Part shown: in pieces, positions 31,168-37,309 of the stretch
How positions within the stretch are numbered: position 1 is the stretch's first letter
Layout: each line of letters starts with the position of its first letter
Origin: Candidatus Nealsonbacteria bacterium CG23_combo_of_CG06-09_8_20_14_all_40_13
Lineage (GTDB): Bacteria; Patescibacteriota; UBA1384; UBA12157_A; GCA-002773005
DNA length: 37,309 nucleotides
NCBI GenBank assembly: GCA_002771215.1
Contig: PCRM01000039.1
Span: 1-37,309, forward strand
Direction: 5' to 3'
Program-made: the position numbers and the translations under genes
Notes under the pieces: generated by a model
Seen by the model: the letters and a program-made list of their open reading frames with translations, nothing else
The model's database searches: none
What the model was told of the DNA's origin: nothing

Positions 31168-31524
31168 ATGCAAAATGAAATTCCTTTATTTCAAAAAATA
31201 TATGACTTTTATAAACTATTTTATGCTTGCATTGATAATTTCTCCAAAAAATCTCGCGAAACTTTAGCGTCAAAAATAGAAAATACTATTATTGGGCTCT
31301 TAGAATCAGTCGCATCGGCTGCATATACCAACCAAAATGAAAAGTATAGTTCCATCCTGAATGCTTCTGCCAAAGTGGATTTTCTTAAAATTCTTTTCAG
31401 ACTTTGTTACGAATTAAAAATTATTAACCAAAAGAAATACCTTCTGATGGAAGAAAAATCACAGGAAATCGGTCGTATGCTTGGCGGTTGGATTAAATCA
31501 TTAAAAACATCAGACCGCTCATAA
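31168..31524 (+). CDS. avd: DGR accessory variability determinant (four-helix bundle)
   Basis: 118 aa, helical; IPLFQKIYD, KILFRL, C-terminal EIGRMLGGWIK; lies between TR and RT. Confidence 0.85.
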   Translation: MQNEIPLFQKIYDFYKLFYACIDNFSKKSRETLASKIENTIIGLLESVASAAYTNQNEKYSSILNASAKVDFLKILFRLCYELKIINQKKYLLMEEKSQEIGRMLGGWIKSLKTSDRS

Positions 31525-31536
31525 AACGGTCTGATG
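31508..31536. other. Hairpin 3' of TR spanning the avd stop codon
   Basis: CATCAGACCG-N9-CGGTCTGATG, perfect 10-bp stem. Confidence 0.7.
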
Positions 31537-31542
31537 AGAAAT

Positions 31543-31661
31543 TCCCACGGGACGCACAGCCCTGTTGTTCCAGTGATTATCGACATTGTTGTAGTTCACA
31601 TCCGCAAGTCCACCGTTGTCAGAGTTACCACCATTGAGACGGTTTGAAGCGTCCTTGAAAA
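31543..31661 (-). ncRNA. DGR template repeat (TR)
   Basis: 119-bp ungapped match to 32009-32127; 32 adenines and 10 AAC/AAT codons in the VR frame; intergenic. Confidence 0.93.
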
Positions 31662-31917
31662 TTTATTTGTTCTCGTCAATCAGCCACTGTCCCTTGATCA
31701 CTCTTGGGGCTGTATTTTATTTGAAAGTACCCCGATAATTCGGAGATCTTTTCTAAAAACAGATAAGGAGTTTCTTTTCTTTAATGGCAATTCTTTGAAG
31801 CCTTGGCCGCAAAGTTTATAACCATTAAAAGGAATCAAGTATTATTCTTAAGCCATAGCCGAAGAAGCAAACTTGTTCCAAAAACATTTTATCAAAAAAT
31901 GAGAAAATTACAAAAAT

Positions 31918-31946
31918 GGCGGGGAACCTAATGCAGGTTCCCCGCC
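31918..31946 (-). promoter_or_regulatory. GC-rich hairpin downstream of VR (DGR target-recognition cruciform and/or terminator)
   Basis: GGCGGGGAACCT-N5-AGGTTCCCCGCC, perfect 12-bp stem ~48 bp after the target stop; followed by ATTTTT on the minus strand. Confidence 0.75.
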
Positions 31947-31993
31947 GAAAGATAGGGGTCCAAGAGACCAAAAGAACCAAAGGATCAAAAAGC

Positions 31994-32932
31994 CTAAGCG
32001 TCCAAAACTCCCACGGGACGCACAGCCCTGTAGCCCCAGTGATTATCGACATTGAAGTAGAACGCATCCGCAAGAAAACCGCCGCCAGAGCTACCACCAA
32101 AGAGACGGCTCGAAGCGCCCCTGAAAAACTCCTCGAACCAGACCCAAGTATTGGTCCGGCCGTCTTTTTTGCGGGGTATCCACATGTAAAGCTGTGGGAT
32201 GACGTTGGCCTCGATGGTCTGCTCTAGGCGGAAGGTTACCCCTTCGAACTCCGGACGGGCCTCGAGCGCTGGTCTGATGTGTTCATCCCATTCTGAGGAT
32301 GAGATGTTAAACCGACTGCTTGGCGGACCGGCGTCGGTGTGGGCAATTTTGCCTTCGGTACGAAGAGCTTCAATCACTCCACCAAGGAAGCCTTCGTCGT
32401 TGGCAAACATCTGTCGACCGCCATCGTAAGCCGGCTTGCAGCGGGTGTCGATGAGGACGGTGGTGCCTTCGAAGCGAACTTCTTTGACTATTTCCAACTC
32501 GCCAGCGACGTTACGGCGCTTGATGGAGCCGTCCGCCACCTTCTGCCAGAACCATGACTCGGGTTTGATCTTCCAGCCGGGAAATTTTGATCCATGCGTG
32601 AAGACAATCCTGGGTAAAAAGTGGGGCTTCAATCCCAGCTTGGCCCATTGCATGACGCGCTTTTCGCCAAACTGTTTCAGTGTTGCCGCAAACTGTGACA
32701 AGTCGAATGTCTCGTTGAAGAAAGCGCCGAGAGCATTATTCTCGGCTTGGACCAACTGATCAAGCCAGTTGATTTTCGAACGAATCAGCACATTCCGCAA
32801 ACCTTCTGATAGTTGTGCTGAATGTCCAATCCAGAACAATGCATCTTCCTCAGAGAGATCATCGGGTAAAATTTCCGTAATCCTACCGATAATCCTTCTT
32901 TGGGTTTTTAAGGTGAGGGTGGTCCGAGACAT
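31994..32932 (-). CDS. DGR target (variable) protein, probable C-terminal CLec-like fold
   Basis: C-terminus is encoded by VR and ends ..HWGYRAVRPVGVLDA; AAAGGAGG RBS; no obvious signal peptide or TM. Confidence 0.88.
   Translation of the reverse strand: MSRTTLTLKTQRRIIGRITEILPDDLSEEDALFWIGHSAQLSEGLRNVLIRSKINWLDQLVQAENNALGAFFNETFDLSQFAATLKQFGEKRVMQWAKLGLKPHFLPRIVFTHGSKFPGWKIKPESWFWQKVADGSIKRRNVAGELEIVKEVRFEGTTVLIDTRCKPAYDGGRQMFANDEGFLGGVIEALRTEGKIAHTDAGPPSSRFNISSSEWDEHIRPALEARPEFEGVTFRLEQTIEANVIPQLYMWIPRKKDGRTNTWVWFEEFFRGASSRLFGGSSGGGFLADAFYFNVDNHWGYRAVRPVGVLDA
32009..32127 (-). repeat. DGR variable repeat (VR)
   Basis: 21 mismatches to TR, 18 at TR adenines; the 3'-terminal 23 bp are identical and GC-rich (IMH-like). 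Confidence 0.93.
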
Positions 32933-33095
32933 TTCGGGTGTTCCTCCTTTGCGCCACCTGCCTGCCGATGAGGCGAGGTTCAGGAATTTACGCGCTTCTT
33001 GCTCTCCTTAGAGCTTATTTAATCAGGATAAAATAGCCGTTTCCCTGGCCAAATAAGCTCCAAGGAGTATTTTCAAGGTTCAATTCTAACACTAA

Positions 33096-33124
33096 AGTAT
33101 AGCATAAATATGAGAAAAAGTCAA
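33096..33124 (-). promoter_or_regulatory. sigma70 promoter upstream of the DGR target gene
   Basis: TTGACT-17 bp-TATACT with an extended TG. Confidence 0.7.
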
Positions 33125-33342
33125 GAGAAAAAGATCTGTGATAGAGATTTGAGATAGAGACGAAAACGAGCGAGCCTGTAGCCGAAGCAAACCATGTTCC
33201 GCCAAAAGGCGGATAAACTCCGACAAGTCGACTGGTCCGCCGAAACTTTAGTGAAGGCAGAGACACGAGCAACGCCCGGGGAAAAACATTAATTTAGAAC
33301 ATTACGGCGATTGCGTGTTTGCGCGGCGCAGGCGAGCGATGG

Positions 33343-34341
33343 CTATTTGTTATAAATCTTTTCCGCTTCGGCTTTTAGTTTTTTCCACCAGGCCGGGTTT
33401 TGGCGATACCAAGCCACGGTTTGGGCAAAAAGTTTTTTAATATCTTTTGAGGGCCGCCAGCCCAACCGTTTTATTTTTTGTGCTGAAAGCCCGTAACGAA
33501 AGTCGTGTTGTGGCCGCGGGTCAGGTACAAACTCAATCCAATCCTTGGGGTCAATTTTCATCGCCTGGCACAAAATTTCGGCGACATCGCGGTTTCTGAT
33601 TTCGGGCTTGTTGTTGGCCGCGATGTTATAAGCTTGCCCAATTTTGCCTTTTTTAATCAAAAGTTCTATCGCTCGGCAACAATCCTCTACATAAAGCCAG
33701 TCGCGCACCTGCAAACCCCTACCCCAAACCGGCATTTTTTTACCCAAAAATACATTAGTGATGTAGCGAGGCAGGGCTTTTTCTGGATGTTGGCGAGGAC
33801 CAAAATTGTTGGTCGGCCGGACAACGATTACCGGTACTCCTTTTTTGGCATACTCACGAGCCAGTTTGTCGGCTTGGGCTTTAGATTTGGGATAATCGGA
33901 TTTTAAATAGCGAAAGCGCCGGTCGGCATCATTTTCTTTAAAAAAGCCATTTTTGATAGAGCCGTAAATTTCATCGGAAGAGATATGAATGAATTTTGAT
34001 AATTTCGTTTTGGTCGCTGCCTCCAAAAGCGTCCTTGTCCCCTTAACGTTGGTTTTGTAAAAAATTTCTGGGTGTTTTTCAGCCCGTGTGTTGTGGCTTT
34101 CAGCGGCAAAATGAACAACGATGTCAATATTCTTCAACAAATCATTCACAAGTTTTCTATTGCAAATATCGCCCTTGACAAATTCAATTTTTTTTAGCAC
34201 TCCCTTTATATTGTCAGTGTCCCCGGCATAAGTCAAAGCATCGAGCACTACAATTTTGTCTTGGGGGTGCTTTTTGACCCAAAAGTGGACGAAGTTGCTC
34301 CCAATGAACCCCGCTCCGCCAGTAATTAGAATCTTTTGCAT
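33343..34341 (-). CDS. rmlB: dTDP-glucose 4,6-dehydratase
   Basis: TGGAGFIGSNF, DALTYAG, HFAAESH, SSDEIYG, YPKSK, RDWLYVED. Alternative ATG at 34422 adds 27 repeat-encoded residues. Confidence 0.93.
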   Translation of the reverse strand: MQKILITGGAGFIGSNFVHFWVKKHPQDKIVVLDALTYAGDTDNIKGVLKKIEFVKGDICNRKLVNDLLKNIDIVVHFAAESHNTRAEKHPEIFYKTNVKGTRTLLEAATKTKLSKFIHISSDEIYGSIKNGFFKENDADRRFRYLKSDYPKSKAQADKLAREYAKKGVPVIVVRPTNNFGPRQHPEKALPRYITNVFLGKKMPVWGRGLQVRDWLYVEDCCRAIELLIKKGKIGQAYNIAANNKPEIRNRDVAEILCQAMKIDPKDWIEFVPDPRPQHDFRYGLSAQKIKRLGWRPSKDIKKLFAQTVAWYRQNPAWWKKLKAEAEKIYNK

Positions 34342-34356
34342 AGTGATTTTTTTAAT

Positions 34357-34412
34357 TTTTTCAATTTTGCATTTTACATTATCATTTTGAGATTTGCATT
34401 TTGCACTTTGAA
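34357..34412 (-). repeat. Degenerate heptamer array between rmlC and rmlB
   Basis: Minus strand TTCAAAG TGCAAAA TGCAAAT CTCAAAA TGATAA TGTAAAA TGCAAAA; resembles 4512-4563. Confidence 0.7.
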
Positions 34413-34982
34413 TTATCGCCATTTATATCCAATCTCCGGGCTATTATAAGGCAAGCGTTCTTCGTCTGGGCTTTCGGCATTATACGGCTCTGTCGTATGA
34501 TAAAAAAGCAAAACCGGCTCTTTTGACAAAACTTGATAGCCGTGGGCGATGCCTTTAGGAATCAGGACTAATTTATAATTATTTTCGCCGGCTAAAATAA
34601 CTTGAGTTTTTTTAAAAGTCAGTGAATTTTTTCTTAAGTCATATAGGACTATTTTTGCTTTACCGGTAGCAACAAACCAGAGGTCATCTTGTTTGTGATG
34701 AAAATGAAAACCTTTGATTGTTCCTTGATAAGCGACCGTAAAAGTAGTTTGACCAAATTTTTGAAGTAGTTTATCGTCTTGACGTAAAACTTCAACGAGA
34801 AAACCAGGCTTTATTTTGGCGGCGAGAATACCCCGCCTCTTGGGGCGAGGATGAAAGCCGCCGAAAGAACTCGCCCGAAGGGATACCCCGTCCCTTGGGA
34901 CGGGGTAGTTCATTTTCGTCTTTCGAACATCGGGTATATCACGATGGATTTTTAATTTTTTGATTTTTACACCTTCAATCAT
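34413..34982 (-). CDS. rmlC: dTDP-4-dehydrorhamnose 3,5-epimerase family (cupin) with a 32-aa insertion
   Basis: MIEGVKIKKL..GFLVE..GTIKGFHFHHKQDD..YDLRKNS.T..IPKGIAHGY. Confidence 0.88.
   Translation of the reverse strand: MIEGVKIKKLKIHRDIPDVRKTKMNYPVPRDGVSLRASSFGGFHPRPKRRGILAAKIKPGFLVEVLRQDDKLLQKFGQTTFTVAYQGTIKGFHFHHKQDDLWFVATGKAKIVLYDLRKNSLTFKKTQVILAGENNYKLVLIPKGIAHGYQVLSKEPVLLFYHTTEPYNAESPDEERLPYNSPEIGYKWR
34818..34913 (-). mobile_element. 96-bp palindromic MITE-like element (IS200/IS605-end-like) in frame in rmlC
   Basis: Hairpin TACCCCGTCCC-TT-GGGACGGGGTA (34884-34907) and a related imperfect hairpin at 34831-34850; GC-rich island in an AT-rich gene. Confidence 0.7.
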
Positions 34983-35025
34983 TCTACTTCCTACTAAATT
35001 ACGAATTTAACAAAATTACAAATAT

Positions 35026-35406
35026 TCATTTATTCAAGTTAATTATCCGTTTAAATCTTACTCCTTTGCTTGTGAAATTAATGAGTAATCCTAATTTTAA
35101 TTTCATACTTTTTAGATAAGAAAATATTTGTTCTATATCTCTTCTGAAAAAATGGTCACCGACTTTCAATTCAACTGCAATGGCATTATCAATTAGAAAA
35201 TCTAAAATATATGTGTCAAAAACTTTGTTGTTTATTTTCAGCGACACCCGAACTTGACTCTTGAAATTTTTTTGTTTTTGTTTCAAAATTTCCGCTAATG
35301 CTTTTTGATATGTGCTTTCTCTTAATCCGGGCCCGAGAGTGTTAAAAACTTCATAACAACAACCGATTATTTCATAACTTTCCTTTTTGTAAATGATTTT
35401 TGCCAT
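35026..35406 (-). CDS. GxxExxY protein (PD-(D/E)XK-like)
   Basis: LGPGLRESTYQ, LDFLI..VELK, YLK..LGLLINF. Confidence 0.9.
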   Translation of the reverse strand: MAKIIYKKESYEIIGCCYEVFNTLGPGLRESTYQKALAEILKQKQKNFKSQVRVSLKINNKVFDTYILDFLIDNAIAVELKVGDHFFRRDIEQIFSYLKSMKLKLGLLINFTSKGVRFKRIINLNK

Positions 35407-35482
35407 AATTTATAAGAACCATCGCCTTCGGCGAGAACCTTAGTCCCGCTTCACGTGATAAATTATTCGTAATTTCGCTTGA

Positions 35483-36271
35483 TTAGTAAATTCGTAGTCC
35501 CTTCTTCCTTGCCCAATAAACTGCGGTTTTAAATAAACTATCAAAGGTGCCGGCATCCGACCAAAAACCTTCCAGTGTCGCCCAAGCTAATTTGCCGGCT
35601 TTAACGTAGCAATTATTTACATCAGTTATTTCCAGCTCGCCGCGGGCTGATGGTTTACATTTTCGAATAAAATCAAAAACCTTGTTGTCATAGATGTAAA
35701 GCCCAGTGACTGCGAAATTTGATTTTGGCTTTTTGGGCTTTTCCTCGATTTTGACAATTTTATGCGTTTCCGGAGTTATCTTGTTTTGAGTTTTTCGTTT
35801 TAAGTTTTGAGTTTGAAACACCGGCACGCCAAAGCGCTGGGGGTCGGTTACTTCTTTCAAAAAAACCATTGCTCCCTTCCCCGAAGGGGAGCCTTTGGCT
35901 TTAAATTTTTTTACTGGTTTAGAAATATCGGCATCAGTACAATTGTCGCCTAAAATAACGGTGACTGGCCCGCCCTCAGCAAAATCTTCACAAAGTGATA
36001 AGGCCTGAGCAATACCGCCCTCTTTTTCCTGATATGTGTATTCTAAATGTTTAAGCCCTAATTTTTTGCCATTACCCAAAACTCTGATATAGTCCCCTGC
36101 ATAAGGGCCGCCTGTCACAATAATTACATCTTTAATTCCAGCTTTAACGAGGGTTTGAATCGGATAAAATACCATAGGGGAATCAAAAATCGGCAATAGG
36201 TGTTTTGATGTAGCATAGGTAAGAGGATATAGCCTTGTCCCTAAACCACCAGCAAGTACTACTCCCTTCAT
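35483..36271 (-). CDS. rmlA: Glucose-1-phosphate thymidylyltransferase (short form)
   Basis: LAGGLGTRLYPLT..SKHLLP, ILGDN, EEKP, SARGELEITD, WSDAGT. Confidence 0.92.
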   Translation of the reverse strand: MKGVVLAGGLGTRLYPLTYATSKHLLPIFDSPMVFYPIQTLVKAGIKDVIIVTGGPYAGDYIRVLGNGKKLGLKHLEYTYQEKEGGIAQALSLCEDFAEGGPVTVILGDNCTDADISKPVKKFKAKGSPSGKGAMVFLKEVTDPQRFGVPVFQTQNLKRKTQNKITPETHKIVKIEEKPKKPKSNFAVTGLYIYDNKVFDFIRKCKPSARGELEITDVNNCYVKAGKLAWATLEGFWSDAGTFDSLFKTAVYWARKKGLRIY

Positions 36272-37116
36272 TATATTAACTCCTTTCTAATGGCTAAATA
36301 GAAATTGTGTTTCCTATTTAGATAATATTGGGCATTTAGATAAAGCCAATCAAAAATTCTCAAAGCCTGTTTATTGCCTCTATATCGCAAAGCAAAATGA
36401 TTGCTTTTTTTAATATTGCGCGTCAATTTAGTTCGATTTAAATTTAGGTACCTGATTAGGAATTTTTGAATATTTGATAACAAACCCTTAGAACCAACAA
36501 TTTGAAAAAGAAGTGAACGCTTTTTTTTATCCCACAATATACTGCCATCTCCTTCGAATACCCCAAGAATGAAGGATTTAATAATTTGTTCGTCATTATC
36601 TCTTTTTAATATTTCTGGAAAATTCTCCTTCGTAGATTTATTGGTTTTTATACCAATCTCCTCAATCCTTCTAACTAATTTAGCGCTGGTTATCAAAAGG
36701 GCGATTTGAAAATATGTTTTTCTTGTTTTTTTTAGTTGAGTTTTCATCTTAATTAATTTTCCTGTGTAGAATAAAAGCTTTCTAATTTTCTGTAAAACAT
36801 CCTTATCTTTAATTGAAACTTTAATTCCAAATCTGGGCGATTTATCGTTCCCCCTCACAAACCCATCACTAACAAGCCAACCTAAAACCCAAGCATTTTC
36901 ACTATTAATCTGATCGAAATAATTTTCATTGACATGATATTTTCTTTGGCCCAGCTTTCGAGTTTTGTCTTTTGCTTTGAGTCCATATTGTCTCATTCTA
37001 TGTGAAATCACCCATTGAGAAATTTTTAATTCTTTTGCGATTAAATCTTGCGACAGATTTTTAATAAAATATCTGTCAATTATAAAAGTTTTTGAAATTT
37101 GGTATTTTCTCATCAA
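36271..37116 (-). CDS. Free-standing LAGLIDADG endonuclease-like protein with N-terminal HTH
   Basis: AWVLGWLVSDG and SFILGVFEGDGSI motifs; LSQDLIAKELKISQWVI HTH; very basic; YLNRK near the end. ATG 37113 is an alternative start. Confidence 0.82.
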   Translation of the reverse strand: MMRKYQISKTFIIDRYFIKNLSQDLIAKELKISQWVISHRMRQYGLKAKDKTRKLGQRKYHVNENYFDQINSENAWVLGWLVSDGFVRGNDKSPRFGIKVSIKDKDVLQKIRKLLFYTGKLIKMKTQLKKTRKTYFQIALLITSAKLVRRIEEIGIKTNKSTKENFPEILKRDNDEQIIKSFILGVFEGDGSILWDKKKRSLLFQIVGSKGLLSNIQKFLIRYLNLNRTKLTRNIKKSNHFALRYRGNKQALRIFDWLYLNAQYYLNRKHNFYLAIRKELI

Positions 37117-37198
37117 TGCATCCCAATCAAAATGACGCCTTTCATATTTTCTCCTGTAGATTGAGGATATTTTATAATAGCCAAACTGTCAAATATAA

Positions 37199-37274
37199 TG
37201 GCGCCCTCGGGCCGATTCGAACGGCTAACCTTCAGATCCGCAATCTGACGCTCTATCCATTGAGCTACGAGGGC
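37199..37274 (-). tRNA. tRNA-Arg (anticodon GCG)
   Basis: 76 nt; acceptor GCCCTCG/CGAGGGC, D-arm TAGCTCAATGGATAGAGC, TCAGA-TTGCGGA-TCTGA anticodon arm, TTCGAAT T-loop, encoded CCA. Confidence 0.95.
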
Positions 37275-37281
37275 AAAATTT

Positions 37282-37309
37282 GACGAGCAGCTCTATCCGC
37301 TGAGCTACA
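37282..37309 (-). pseudogene. tRNA 5' fragment (D-arm only), cut by the window edge
   Basis: TGTAGCTCAGCGGATAGAGC followed by no anticodon or T arm before the intact tRNA begins. Confidence 0.5.

Larger units (their letters stand above)
30152..31173 (-). pseudogene. DGR reverse transcriptase, frameshifted at an (AG)8 tract (phase-OFF or pseudogene)
   Basis: ORF 30589-31173 has ISLENL..DPKVR..DRIVHHA..GTHKA..KCDIKKFF. ORF 30152-30664 has GIPIGNLTSQLFANIYL, YCDD and GIDFL. Deleting 2 nt in the tract gives a single 339-aa ORF. Confidence 0.9.
30165..33359 (-). mobile_element. Diversity-generating retroelement cassette (target/VR, TR, inverted avd, RT) between rmlB and rmlD
   Basis: TR/VR pair with adenine-specific mismatches, DGR-type RT, Avd. 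Boundaries are inferred from the 10-bp direct repeat TTATAAATCT at 30165 and 33350. Confidence 0.9.

Noticed and set aside
30152..31173. Group II intron or retron RT
   Set aside because: It has the SQ motif, is short with no maturase/endonuclease extension, and has an adjacent Avd and TR/VR pair.
31825..32227. ORFs 31825-32100 (-) and 31916-32227 (+)
   Set aside because: Alternative-frame or antisense shadows of the target gene and its cis elements.
33015..33272. 85-aa ORF upstream of the target gene
   Set aside because: It runs through palindromic repeats and the predicted promoter and has no recognisable motif.
33180..33340. Possible ncRNA or riboswitch at the DGR edge
   Set aside because: Only short or degenerate palindromes are visible; I could not build a convincing known fold.
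36271..37116. Intein or group I intron ORF
   Set aside because: No Cys/Ser start or His-Asn end, and the flanking tRNA and rmlA are uninterrupted.
37092..37283. 63-aa plus-strand ORF
   Set aside because: Antisense to tRNA-Arg.

Overview
Bacterial chromosome window, most likely from a Patescibacteria/CPR organism (inferred from gene content, the tRNA-Arg(GCG) and the repeat families; not database-checked). The left part is housekeeping: ssb 3' end, rpsR, a PRC-barrel gene, a MacB-type ABC pair, groEL/groES and trpS. Next come manC-manB-epimerase, VanW, hppA and a ~21 kb minus-strand surface-polysaccharide locus (GT4 x4, GT2, two O-antigen ligases, Wzx, a GT-C/ArnT-like transferase, and rmlA/C/B/D). 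The standout feature is a ~3.2 kb diversity-generating retroelement (DGR) lying between rmlB and rmlD. It has a target gene with a variable repeat (VR, 32009-32127) and a template repeat (TR, 31543-31661); 18 of 21 mismatches fall at TR adenines. Its avd gene is on the opposite strand, and its reverse transcriptase is split by an out-of-frame (AG)8 tract that loss of one unit would repair. The cassette is bounded by a 10-bp direct repeat whose collapse would restore an rmlB-rmlD junction. The window also carries many small palindromic and heptamer-repeat elements, several inserted in frame in proteins (RmlC, RmlA, RT, HppA), a repeat-flanked GxxExxY gene, a tandem -10 box array and a free-standing LAGLIDADG gene next to a tRNA.
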